Shown piece by piece: positions 30,389 to 39,413 of a DNA stretch of 64,000 bases; positions within the stretch are counted from its first letter, which is position 1, and each line of letters starts with the position of its first letter. This DNA is from Planctomycetota bacterium. Its GTDB lineage: Bacteria; Planctomycetota; UBA1135; UBA2386. A program made the translations under genes and the position numbers. The notes beneath the pieces are model-generated. The model was not told the origin of the DNA. It ran no database searches and saw only the letters and a program-made list of their open reading frames with translations. The stretch lies in the NCBI GenBank assembly GCA_965223545.1, contig OZ245006.1, forward strand, positions 5,216,001-5,280,000. The letters run 5' to 3'.

Positions 30389-32259
30389 TGGGCAAGAAGC
30401 GCAAGGTCACCGAGTCGCTGCCGGGTCTGTGGCAGACGCTGCGCCACTTCGCCCCGTACGCCGGCCGGGAGAAGCCCCTGGTCGCCGGCGCCATCACCGC
30501 GCTGGTGGCGAGCGTGCTGCTGCGGTTGGCGGAGCCGTGGCCGCTGAAGTTCGTCCTCGACCGCGTGGTTCCCGCGGATGCGCCCGCAGGTCTGCACTCG
30601 CTGCCATGGATCGACGACCTGTCGCCGACGGCGTTGATCGCCATCGCCGCCGTCGCCCTGGTGGCGATGACGCTGCTGCGGGCGATGTGCGACTACTACC
30701 GCAAGGTCGGTTTCTCCAAGATCGGCAACCGTGTGTTGCGACGCGTGCGGGACGAAGTGTTCTTGCACGTGCAGCGACTGTCGGTCGCGTTCCACGCGCG
30801 GTCGCGCCGGGGCGACATGCTGGTCCGCGTGACCCGCGACGTCAGTCTGTTGAGAGACGTCACCGCGACCGCGCTGCTGCCCATGCTGGCCAACGTCCTG
30901 GTGTTGGTCGGCATGGTCACGACGATGCTGTTGCTGCACTGGCAGCTGGCGCTGGTGGCGTTCGCGGCGGTGCCGCTGTTCGCCCTGTCGACGATCCGCA
31001 CGGGCGGCAAGATCCACGAAGTGGCGCGCAAGCAACGGCGGCGAGAGGGCGCGATGGCGTCCACCGCGGCCGAGTCGATCGACGCCATCGAATCGGTGCA
31101 GGCGCTGGGGCTGGAGGACGCGTTTCGCAACGACTTCTCCAATCGCAACGCGCAGAGTCAGAAGGAAGATCTCAAGGGCGCCAAGTTGGCCGCCGGCCTC
31201 AACCGCACGGTCGACGTGCTCACCTCGGTGGCTACCGCGCTGGTGCTCTTCTACGGCAGCCAGCTGATCCTCGACAAGGAGCTGACGCCGGGCGATCTGA
31301 TCGTGTTCTTGGCGTACCTCAAGCGGGCGTTCAATCCGATCAAGGACTTCGCCAAGTACTCGGCGCGCTTGGCCAAAGGCGCTGCGGCCGGCGAACGCGT
31401 GCTGGCCCTGCTCGGCGAAGTGCCCGATGTGCGCGACGCACCCGACGCGCGGCCGGCCCCGGCGCTGCGCGGCGACGTGCGGCTGGACGCGGTCGACTTC
31501 TCGTATCTCGCGGGGCACCCGGTGTTGGCGGGGGTGGACCTGCACATCGCGCCGGGCGAGACGGTGGCGTTCGTCGGCGCGTCGGGCATCGGCAAGTCGA
31601 CGCTGCTCGGCCTCGTGCCGCGGTTGCACGACCCCGACCGCGGCGTCGTGCGGCTCGATGGTCACGATGTGCGGGAGTTCACCTTGCGGTCGCTGCGCGG
31701 CCAGATCAGCGTCGTGCTGCAGGAGACCGTGCTGTTCGCCGCGTCGGTGGCCGACAACATCGCGCTCGGCACCGAGGGCAAGGAGCGCGTCGAGATCGAG
31801 GCGGCGGCGCGCCTGGCCCGCGCCGACGAGTTCATCCGGGCGTTGCCCGAGGGCTACGACACGGTGGTGGGCGAGCGCGGCGCGACCTTGTCGCACGGCC
31901 AGCGGCAGCGCGTCTCGATCGCGCGGGCCGCGTTGCGCGACACGCCGATCCTGCTGCTCGACGAGCCGACCACGGGGCTCGACGAGGAGAACGAACGCGT
32001 CGTGATCGACGCCTTGCTGCGGTTGGCAACAGCGCGCACGACGCTGATCGTCACCCACGACTACGAGCTCGCGCGGCGGGCCGATCGGGTGGTGGTGTTG
32101 GCCGACGGTGGCATCGTCGAGCAGGGGCCGCCGGCCGAGCTCGCCGCGCGCGGCGGCGCGTTCGCGCGGTTGTTCGAGAGTGGCGCCCGCGGCGCCGGGG
32201 CGAGGGCAGTGAGACCGTCCAGCGGCGGCGTGGCGCGCGAGCGCGGAGGCGACGAATGA
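30388..32259 (+). CDS. Fused ABC exporter (TMD + NBD, MsbA-like)
   Basis: TM region, Walker A GASGIGKST, signature LSHGQRQR, Walker B LLLDEPT. Confidence 0.93.
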   Translation: MGKKRKVTESLPGLWQTLRHFAPYAGREKPLVAGAITALVASVLLRLAEPWPLKFVLDRVVPADAPAGLHSLPWIDDLSPTALIAIAAVALVAMTLLRAMCDYYRKVGFSKIGNRVLRRVRDEVFLHVQRLSVAFHARSRRGDMLVRVTRDVSLLRDVTATALLPMLANVLVLVGMVTTMLLLHWQLALVAFAAVPLFALSTIRTGGKIHEVARKQRRREGAMASTAAESIDAIESVQALGLEDAFRNDFSNRNAQSQKEDLKGAKLAAGLNRTVDVLTSVATALVLFYGSQLILDKELTPGDLIVFLAYLKRAFNPIKDFAKYSARLAKGAAAGERVLALLGEVPDVRDAPDARPAPALRGDVRLDAVDFSYLAGHPVLAGVDLHIAPGETVAFVGASGIGKSTLLGLVPRLHDPDRGVVRLDGHDVREFTLRSLRGQISVVLQETVLFAASVADNIALGTEGKERVEIEAAARLARADEFIRALPEGYDTVVGERGATLSHGQRQRVSIARAALRDTPILLLDEPTTGLDEENERVVIDALLRLATARTTLIVTHDYELARRADRVVVLADGGIVEQGPPAELAARGGAFARLFESGARGAGARAVRPSSGGVARERGGDE

Positions 32260-34028
32260 AGATCGTGTTGGTCTGGCGGCGGACGGGTGCGGCGGAGCCC
32301 GCGGCGGCCGTGGGAGAGCGGCTGTGTGCGCACTTCGAGCCGGTGCTCGCCGAGCGTCCGGCGCTGCGGCACTGGTCGGTGGGGGCTACCGAGGTGGTGT
32401 TGGCGCAGCTGCCGGTGCCGACTTGGCGGCGGGCGTTCTGCGACGAAGACGGCGAGCGCTTCGCGGTCGCGCCGGACTACCCGCTCAACCTCGAGGCGGC
32501 GGGCGTGCTGGATCATCGCTGCGAGCGCGCGCCGTTGCTGCAGCTGGCGGATCGGCTGGCGCGGGATCCCGAGCCCGTCCTCGCCGAGCTGGCGCCGCCG
32601 TTCTCGTGTGTCTGGAACGAGCCCGAGACCGGGGGCTTGCGCCTGCAGGTCGACGGCCTGGGGCAGTCCAACTGGTTCGAGCATCGCGGTGAGCACGTAT
32701 GGGCGGTGACCAATCGGATCGGCGCGCTGCGCGCGCTCGGCGTGGAGCTGCGGCCGGTCGCCGAGGAGTGGGCGACGCGGTTCGCGCTGGGCTGGTTTCC
32801 GGCGGACCAATCCGGCTACGCGGGGGTGCGTGTGGTGGCGCCGGGCACCCAGATCTGCGCGGACCGCGACGGCGTGCGGCATCGCCGGCTCGACGTGCTG
32901 TCCGGCTGGGTCCATCCGGACCCAGCCATCGCCGCGGATCATCTCGAGGCCGGCCGGCGTTCGATCGTCGAGCTGCTGGCGGAAGTCGCGCCGCTGTGGG
33001 AGCGGGCGACCGTCGGCCTGTCCGGCGGCCGCGACAGCCGCGCGGTGACCGCGGTGCTGCGCTCACTCGAGGCGCGCTTCGACTTGCGGGTGCGCGGGCA
33101 TCCCGAGCGGTTGGACGTGATCATCGCCCAGCGCCTGGCCGAGATCGCCGGGTTGCCGATTCGGGTCAGCAGCACGAGTGCGCTGCCGCCCGACAGTGCG
33201 GATGGCTGTCGGAGCAGCGTGGAGTCCGCGCTGGTGTGGCAAGACGGCTACATGACCGCGCTCAAGCACAAGACCTTCCTCGCCAAGGGCAAGCTGCTCG
33301 ATGGCGGAGTGGTCAACGTCATGGGGCAGCACGCGGGCATCGGCAAGGGCGACTTCGCCGCGCAGATCCGCGCCGATCAGCTGCCGCCCGAGGCCTACGA
33401 GGACGCGCTGGTCGCCTCGCTGTTGCGCGGCGTGCCGGCGATGTTCCAGCCACACGTGCTGGCGGCGGTCGAGGAGAGGGTGCGCCACGCCTATCGCCAG
33501 GCTGCGCAGTTCGGTGTCGACGAGGGCCTACACCGTCTGCACTTCTTCTTCCTCTACGAGTACACGCGGCGCTGGGGCGCGGCGACCGTGGGCTCGCAGA
33601 CCGGGCTGGTGATCGCGCCGTTCTTGAACCCCGGGTTCATTCGCGCCGCCTACGCCGCGCCGCCCGAGTCGATCACCGCGCGGCCGTTCCACGGCCACAT
33701 CACGGCGCACCACGCGCCCGACTGGGTCGGCGAGCCGATCGAGAGCGAAGTGCCGCCGGAAGACGTCAAGGCCGGCAAGTATCCGCCGCGCGGGCCGATC
33801 CCCGACGAGCTGAACCACCGACCCCGCTGGCACACGCGCGGCGGCTGGCGCAAGTACGACCACGTGCGCTACTGGCGCGCGGTGGGGGCCCCGCTGGTCG
33901 AGGAGGCGCTGGACGAGCAGGGCTGGTGGACCGAGATCTTCGATCCGAACGCGGTCGCGGCGGCGTGGCAGAAGAAGAAGGGGGTCGCCGACGCGGCGGT
34001 CATCGCGCACCGGGTCGGGCGGCGATGA
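32256..34028 (+). CDS. Asparagine-synthetase-like ATP-dependent amide ligase
   Basis: PP-loop VGLSGGRDSR, degenerate Ntn-like N-terminal region (VDGLGQ), APFLNP; ATG overlaps the ABC gene stop; no N-terminal Cys. Confidence 0.7.
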   Translation: MKIVLVWRRTGAAEPAAAVGERLCAHFEPVLAERPALRHWSVGATEVVLAQLPVPTWRRAFCDEDGERFAVAPDYPLNLEAAGVLDHRCERAPLLQLADRLARDPEPVLAELAPPFSCVWNEPETGGLRLQVDGLGQSNWFEHRGEHVWAVTNRIGALRALGVELRPVAEEWATRFALGWFPADQSGYAGVRVVAPGTQICADRDGVRHRRLDVLSGWVHPDPAIAADHLEAGRRSIVELLAEVAPLWERATVGLSGGRDSRAVTAVLRSLEARFDLRVRGHPERLDVIIAQRLAEIAGLPIRVSSTSALPPDSADGCRSSVESALVWQDGYMTALKHKTFLAKGKLLDGGVVNVMGQHAGIGKGDFAAQIRADQLPPEAYEDALVASLLRGVPAMFQPHVLAAVEERVRHAYRQAAQFGVDEGLHRLHFFFLYEYTRRWGAATVGSQTGLVIAPFLNPGFIRAAYAAPPESITARPFHGHITAHHAPDWVGEPIESEVPPEDVKAGKYPPRGPIPDELNHRPRWHTRGGWRKYDHVRYWRAVGAPLVEEALDEQGWWTEIFDPNAVAAAWQKKKGVADAAVIAHRVGRR

Positions 34029-35158
34029 TCGAGCCCCGCGGCTTTCTGCGGCAGGCGCGCGAGGCGGGCTTCGACTTCGCGACCGGCGTGCCCTGCTCGA
34101 TCCTGACCGGCTTGATCAATGCGGCTCTCGGCGAGGCCTCGTTTCGCTACGTCGGCGCCGCCAACGAAGGCGATGCCGTCGCGATCGCCGCCGGTGCCGA
34201 GCTCGGCGGGCGGCGGGCGATCGTGCTGTCGCAGAACTCGGGGTTCGGCAACGCGGTCAACCCGCTCACCTCGCTGTCGATCCCGTTCGCGATTCCGTGC
34301 CTGTTCGTCACCACCTGGCGCGGCGAGCCCGACGGCGCGCCGGACGAGCCGCAACACGAGGTCATGGGCCGGATGACGCCGGCGCTGTTCACGCAGATGG
34401 GGCTGCCGTTCGAGATCTGCAGCGGCGATGCCTCGGAGTTGTCGGCGATGTTCGCACGCGCGCTCGCGCACATGCAGCAGCACGGAACGCCGTACGGGCT
34501 GATCGTGCGCCGCGGCAGCTTCGCCAAGGAGGCGCTCGACGAGACCGCACCGATGAGGCCCCCGACGTTGCGACCCGAGCCGATGCCGGCCACCTGGAGG
34601 CCGCAGTCCGTCGATGACGTGCTCGCTCGCGTTCGCGCCGCCGCCGGCTCGGGGGACGTGCTGCTGGCGACGACTGGCTTCACCGGCAGGGCGCTCTACG
34701 CGCTCGGCGATCGCGCAAGCCAGCTCTACATGGTCGGCTCGATGGGATGTGTCTCGAGCCTCGGGCTCGGCCTGGCGGTGGCCTGCCCCGAGCGCCGGGT
34801 CGTCGTGCTCGACGGCGATGGGGCTGCCCTGCTGCGGTTGGGCGCCCTCGCCACGATCGGCTACGAACGGCCGCCGAATCTGACGCACGTCCTGCTCGAC
34901 AACGGCGTGCACGACTCCACCGGCGGCCAGCAGACGGTGATGCGCTCGGTCGACATCGGCGCGGTCGCTGCCGCATGTGGCTACCCGGAGGTGCACCGCG
35001 CGGTCGAGCTGGATGCAGTTGGGGATGCGGTCGCGGGTGCGCGGCAGCTGACGTTCGTCCACGTGCGCACCGCGCCGCGCGGCGGGCGCGGACTGCCGCG
35101 GCCGGAGATCGCGCCGCGGGAAGTGGCGCGCCGGCTGCGCGGGTGGTTGGCGGGGTAG
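34025..35158 (+). CDS. aepY: Phosphonopyruvate decarboxylase-family TPP enzyme (possibly arsonopyruvate decarboxylase)
   Basis: GVPCS, ANEGDAVAIAAG, QNSGFGNAVNPLTSL, WRGEP..DEPQH, YMVGSMG, DGDGA, DNGVHDSTGGQ. Confidence 0.92.
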   Translation: MIEPRGFLRQAREAGFDFATGVPCSILTGLINAALGEASFRYVGAANEGDAVAIAAGAELGGRRAIVLSQNSGFGNAVNPLTSLSIPFAIPCLFVTTWRGEPDGAPDEPQHEVMGRMTPALFTQMGLPFEICSGDASELSAMFARALAHMQQHGTPYGLIVRRGSFAKEALDETAPMRPPTLRPEPMPATWRPQSVDDVLARVRAAAGSGDVLLATTGFTGRALYALGDRASQLYMVGSMGCVSSLGLGLAVACPERRVVVLDGDGAALLRLGALATIGYERPPNLTHVLLDNGVHDSTGGQQTVMRSVDIGAVAAACGYPEVHRAVELDAVGDAVAGARQLTFVHVRTAPRGGRGLPRPEIAPREVARRLRGWLAG

Positions 35159-35183
35159 CGAGAAAATCGAGTCAGACTCGGTA

Positions 35184-36293
35184 CTACCCGCGCATGGTGT
35201 GGAGTGCGTCGGCGATGGCGGCGAGCAAGCGGCGGACGTCTTGTTGGTCGAGGGCGCCGATCGTGCCGATGCGGAACGAGGGTTCCTTGGAGAGGACTCC
35301 CGGGTAGATGAGCAGTCCTCGGGCCGAGAGGAGTTCGTACAGGGCGGCGAACGAGAACTTCTCGTCGGGGAGGTTGCGGAAGGCGGTGATGACGGGACTC
35401 TGATGGTCGCGGGCGACCAGCTCGTCGAAGCCGAGAGCGCGCATTCCGTCCCGCAACAGTTCTTGGTTGGCTCGGTAGCGGGCGCCTCGGGCGGCGACGC
35501 CGCCCTCGGCTTCGAGCTCGTCGAGGGCTGCCGCGAACGCGAGGATCGCGTGCGTCGGCGGCGTGAAGCGGAACTGGCCGTTGCGCTGCAGGCCCTGCCA
35601 CTGCGCGTGTAGGTCGAGGGTCAAGCTGCGCGGCGCGCGTTCTGCCGAGCGCAGCGCGTCGCGGCGAAAGACGACGAGGGCGAAGCCCGGCACGCCCTGG
35701 ATGCACTTGTTGGACGACGCGATCAGGTAGTCGATGCGATCGCGATCGACGTCGATGGGGACCGCGCCGAACGAGCTCATCGCGTCGACGATGAGGCCGA
35801 CGCCGTGCGTGGCGGCGACCTCGGCGACCTCGGCCAGCGGGTTGAGGATGCCGGTCGTGGTCTCGCAGTGGACCAGGGCGATGTGGCTGCAATCCGGCGA
35901 CGCCGCCAACCGGCGGGCGACGACATCGGGCGCCACCGGCTCGGTCTCGGGCCATTCCTCGATGGCAGTGTCGACGCCGTGGATGCGGGCAATCTCGGCG
36001 AGGCGCCGGCCGTAGACGCCGTTGGCCAACACCAGCAGCCGCGCACCCTCGGGAAGTCCGCTACAGCAGACCGCCTCGACGCCGAACGTGCCGCTGCCCT
36101 GCACCAGCACCGCGTCGTGGGCATCGCCGCCGCCGGCGAGCCGCACCAGGCGGCGCCGGACTCCGGCGACGAGATCGATGAACTCGCGATCCCGGGAGCC
36201 GACGTCGCGCAGCATCGCGCGCTTGACGGTGCCACTCGTCGTCAGCGGGCCGGGGGTGAAGAGCAGCTTGTCGGGCTCGGGTTCGGTGGTCAC
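35184..36293 (-). CDS. phnW: 2-aminoethylphosphonate-pyruvate transaminase family (PhnW/AepZ)
   Basis: LFTPGPLTTS, QGSGTFGVEA, VHCETTTGILNP, DAMSSFG, SSNKCIQGVPG, QFRFTPPTH. GTG start at 36293 after GAGG. Confidence 0.92.
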   Translation of the reverse strand: MTTEPEPDKLLFTPGPLTTSGTVKRAMLRDVGSRDREFIDLVAGVRRRLVRLAGGGDAHDAVLVQGSGTFGVEAVCCSGLPEGARLLVLANGVYGRRLAEIARIHGVDTAIEEWPETEPVAPDVVARRLAASPDCSHIALVHCETTTGILNPLAEVAEVAATHGVGLIVDAMSSFGAVPIDVDRDRIDYLIASSNKCIQGVPGFALVVFRRDALRSAERAPRSLTLDLHAQWQGLQRNGQFRFTPPTHAILAFAAALDELEAEGGVAARGARYRANQELLRDGMRALGFDELVARDHQSPVITAFRNLPDEKFSFAALYELLSARGLLIYPGVLSKEPSFRIGTIGALDQQDVRRLLAAIADALHTMRG

Positions 36294-36320
36294 GGTACGC
36301 CTCTTGATCGGACCGACAGC

Positions 36321-36336
36321 TGCAACTCGTGGTCCG
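36321..36336 (-). promoter_or_regulatory. Weaker sigma54-like motif upstream of phnW
   Basis: Minus strand CGGACCACGAGTTGCA (GG-N10-GC, TTGCA) placed so that +1 falls just before the RBS; the -24 box deviates from consensus. Confidence 0.35.
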
Positions 36337-36409
36337 CTATGTTGGCACGCGCGGCGGCGTCCGTCTTCCGGGCCCGGTGGGCTGCGCGGCACGCACCGGG
36401 AGCAACACC

Positions 36410-36790
36410 ATGAACAACCGACTGCACATCGCCCTCAACGTTCGTGATCTGGAGACTTCGACCGCCTTCTACGAGGCCGTGTTCGCGCTGGCGCCCGACA
36501 AGGTCCGTGATGGCTACGCGCGCTTTACTCTCGATGATCCACCCCTGGTGCTGGCGCTCAACGCGAAAGACGAGGTCCGCGACGGCAATCGCGTCGGCCA
36601 CCTAGGGGTGCGCCTCGGTGCCGATGGCGATCTTTCGGTCATGCGCAGTCGCTTGGCGGCCCGCGACCTGATCCACAAGGAGCAGACCCGCACCAAGTGC
36701 TGCCACTCGGTGCAGAACAAGCTCTGGGTGGTGGATCCGGACGGCAACTACTGGGAATTCTACGAACTGGTTGCCGACCACGTGTCGTAG
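36410..36790 (+). CDS. arsI: ArsI/CadI-family VOC metalloenzyme (C-As lyase-like)
   Basis: RLHIALNV, KVRDGYARF..DDPPLVLAL, HLG, vicinal CC in TKCCHSVQNKLWVVDPDGNYWEFY; GGGAG RBS. Confidence 0.85.
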   Translation: MNNRLHIALNVRDLETSTAFYEAVFALAPDKVRDGYARFTLDDPPLVLALNAKDEVRDGNRVGHLGVRLGADGDLSVMRSRLAARDLIHKEQTRTKCCHSVQNKLWVVDPDGNYWEFYELVADHVS

Positions 36791-36895
36791 CACCGTGGTT
36801 CGCCGTGGCCTTGGTTCCGAGGCCCCGCGTTTGAGAACGCTACGGCCGCGTCCGGCGTCCGGACGCGCCCGGGTCCCGCCGCGGCCGAGTTCCCG

Positions 36896-36911
36896 TGGCA
36901 TGTGGGTTGCC
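36896..36911 (+). promoter_or_regulatory. Putative sigma54 (-24/-12) promoter of the pstSCAB-aroA-gpmI operon
   Basis: TGGCATGTGGGTTGCC has exact GG-N10-GC spacing; 13/14 identical to the core of the motif at 27234-27247. Confidence 0.65.
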
Positions 36912-36924
36912 GCGTGGTGCTGCG

Positions 36925-37743
36925 ATGAGATACGTGTTCCTGGCCGTTGCCGCGCTCGCCCTGGCGGCGATCTCGTCGGTCTCGTTCGGTGCCGAGAAGC
37001 GCTTCTTGGTCACCGGCTCGAGCACGGTGGCGCCGATCCTGCAGGCAGTGGCCGACCGCCTGGCCGAGGCGCAGCCCGCGCTTCTGCTCGACGTGCAGAC
37101 CGGGGGCAGCAGCCGCGGGATTCGCGACGTCCGCGATGGTCTGAGCGACGGCGGGATGGCGTCGCGTGACCTGGACCCGGAAGAGGCGGTGGGCATCCAG
37201 GTCCGGCCGGTCGCCTACGACGGCATCGCCCTGATCGCGCACCGGGACAACCCCGTGCGTGGCCTGACGACCGAGCAAGTGCGGCAGCTGTTCACCGGCG
37301 CTGCGCAGAGCTGGGCTGTGGTCGGCGGTGCGGACTCTCCGGTCCACGTCGTGAGCAAGGCCGAGGGCCGTGCGACGCTGGCGGTGTTCTTGGACTATTT
37401 CGACCTCGACAGCCGGGCGGTGGACGCCGACGCGGTCGTCGGCGACAACGCGCAAGGCGTGCGTCTGGTCGCCGGCAACCCGGACGCGTTGGGCTACGTC
37501 AGCGTGGGCGAGGCGCTGACCGCCGTCACCATGGGCGAGCCGATTCGGCTGCTGGAGCTCGACGGCGTCGCGCCGACTCTGGAGTCGGTCGCCAGCGGGA
37601 GCTACTCGGTGCGGCGCACGCTCTACGTGCTGTTCCCGCCGGAGTCGCCGATCGCCGATCGCATCTGCGGCTTCCTGGCCGGTGCGGAGGGTGCGCGCCT
37701 GATCGAGTCGCTGTCCTTCGTGCCCTGCGCGAAGCCCGAGTGA
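36925..37743 (+). CDS. pstS: PstS-like oxyanion-binding protein
   Basis: Signal peptide, VTGSSTV, GGSSRG, GMASR, VAYDGIA, ALGYVS, RTLY. Confidence 0.85.
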   Translation: MRYVFLAVAALALAAISSVSFGAEKRFLVTGSSTVAPILQAVADRLAEAQPALLLDVQTGGSSRGIRDVRDGLSDGGMASRDLDPEEAVGIQVRPVAYDGIALIAHRDNPVRGLTTEQVRQLFTGAAQSWAVVGGADSPVHVVSKAEGRATLAVFLDYFDLDSRAVDADAVVGDNAQGVRLVAGNPDALGYVSVGEALTAVTMGEPIRLLELDGVAPTLESVASGSYSVRRTLYVLFPPESPIADRICGFLAGAEGARLIESLSFVPCAKPE

Positions 37744-37767
37744 AGGCGAGGAATTGGGCGTACTATC

Positions 37768-38619
37768 ATGGCTCAGCTGACCGTGCTGCACCGCGCCGGC
37801 GGCGAGCCGCGCACCGGCTGGGCCGCGATCGGCGGGCTGGGACTGCTCGCAGCTTGTGCGCTGCCGGCGGTGGTGGTCTTCCTGGCCGCCGTCGGTTGGG
37901 ACCTGCTGGCCAGCGGCCGCGCCGGCAGTCTGCTCGGAGCGGAGTGGTTTCCCACGCACGGCGCCTTCGGCTTGGCACCGTTGGTCGCCGGCACGTTGTG
38001 CACATCGGTCTTGGCGCTGGCGGTGACGGTGCCGGTCGGGCTCGGCGCCATCATCTACCTGCACTTCTTCGCCGGCCGTCGCGTGCAGCGGCTTGGCGAC
38101 GCCACGCTCGGTGTGCTCGGCGGCACGCCTTCGGTGGTGTTCGGCCTGTTCGGTACCGTCTGGCTGGTGCCGCTGGTCGGGCCGAGCCTGCTCGCCGCGG
38201 TGTTGGTGTTGTCGGTGATGGTGTTGCCGACGTTCGCCCTCTTGGGGCTGGCGGCGTTGCGGCAGGTTCCGCCGACGCTGTTGTCGGCGGGGGCCGCCCT
38301 CGGACTGCGGCGCGAGCAGGTGATTGCGCGGTTGGCGTTGCGCGTCGCGCGCCCTCACCTGGCGGCGGCGGCGACCGTTGCCCTGGCGCGCTGTCTCGGC
38401 GAGGCGTTGGCGGTGGAGATGGTGTGCGGCAACGTGGCGGCGCTGCCGTCGGGGTTGACGGCGCCGGTGCGCACGCTGACCACGACGCTGGTGCAGGAGT
38501 TCGACTACGCGCGTGCCGAGCACAACCAGGCGCTGCACCTCGTCGCGCTGACCGTGGTCTCCCTGGCGGCGATCGCCAGCTTGGCGGCGGTGCGCTGGCA
38601 GGCGCGGAGGATGTCGTGA
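37768..38619 (+). CDS. pstC: PstC-like ABC permease
   Basis: W.PTHGAFGLAPLVAGTL, PSVVFGLFG, ALG, LARCLGEALAV, RTLTT. Confidence 0.85.
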   Translation: MAQLTVLHRAGGEPRTGWAAIGGLGLLAACALPAVVVFLAAVGWDLLASGRAGSLLGAEWFPTHGAFGLAPLVAGTLCTSVLALAVTVPVGLGAIIYLHFFAGRRVQRLGDATLGVLGGTPSVVFGLFGTVWLVPLVGPSLLAAVLVLSVMVLPTFALLGLAALRQVPPTLLSAGAALGLRREQVIARLALRVARPHLAAAATVALARCLGEALAVEMVCGNVAALPSGLTAPVRTLTTTLVQEFDYARAEHNQALHLVALTVVSLAAIASLAAVRWQARRMS

Positions 38620-39413
38620 AGTGGCTCGGCGCGGGTTGCCTGGCGTTGGTCGGCCTGCTGTGCGCGGCCATGGTCGTCGACCTGGTGGCCGGCGGTTTCG
38701 GCGAGCTCTCGCTCGACTTCGCCGTCGCCGCCGCGCGCGACAGCGGTCGGGCCGGCGGCATCGGTGCCGTCGTGTTGTCCACCGTCCTGGTTGCGGTGCT
38801 GGCCATCTCGATCGCCGCGCCGCTGGCGCTGGCGGCGGCGGTGTTGTGCGCGGAGGGGTTGCGGCGTCGCCCGCGCGCCGCGCGCTGCTTGCGCGGTGGG
38901 TTCGAGGTGATGGTCAGCGTGCCGTCGGTGGCGATCGGCTTGGTCGGCTGGACCCTGTTCGGGCGCGGCCTGGGGCTGGGGTTCTCGCTGCTCGGCGGGG
39001 CGTTGACGCTGGCGCTGATGCTGGCGCCGGTGATGACGGTGGCCTTCACCGCCGGGCTCGAGCGGGTGCCGACGGCGTTGCGCCGCGCCAGTCTGGCGCT
39101 CGGCGTGTCGCGCTGGGACACGCTGTGGCGGCAGGTCGTTCCGGCGGCGCGGCCGGCCTTGTTGGCGGGCGTCGCGCTGGCGTTGGGACGGGCGACGGCG
39201 GAGACCGCGGCCCTGGTCCTGACCTCCGGAGTGTCCCTGAGAGTGCCGGGTTCGATCCTCGACCCTGGTGCGACGCTCGCGGTCCACGTCTACAACATGG
39301 CGCGCAACGTGCCCGGCGGCGAACCGCGCGCGTACTCCGCGGCGCTGGTCTTGCTGGCCATCAACGTCGCGGTGTTCGCCACGATCTCGCGACTGCAGCA
39401 CGGAGTTCGGTGA
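38616..39413 (+). CDS. pstA: PstA-like ABC permease
   Basis: SGRAGGIG, VPSVAIGLVG, ASLALG.SRW, GRATAETAAL, TLAVHVY; GTG overlaps the pstC stop. Confidence 0.85.
   Translation: MKWLGAGCLALVGLLCAAMVVDLVAGGFGELSLDFAVAAARDSGRAGGIGAVVLSTVLVAVLAISIAAPLALAAAVLCAEGLRRRPRAARCLRGGFEVMVSVPSVAIGLVGWTLFGRGLGLGFSLLGGALTLALMLAPVMTVAFTAGLERVPTALRRASLALGVSRWDTLWRQVVPAARPALLAGVALALGRATAETAALVLTSGVSLRVPGSILDPGATLAVHVYNMARNVPGGEPRAYSAALVLLAINVAVFATISRLQHGVR

Noticed and set aside
36342..36360. sigma54 promoter for arsI (TTGGCACGCG...)
   Set aside because: Good -24 box but no GC at the required GG-N10-GC position.
36791..36924. Pho box upstream of pstS
   Set aside because: No CTGTCAT-like 11-bp-spaced direct repeats were seen.
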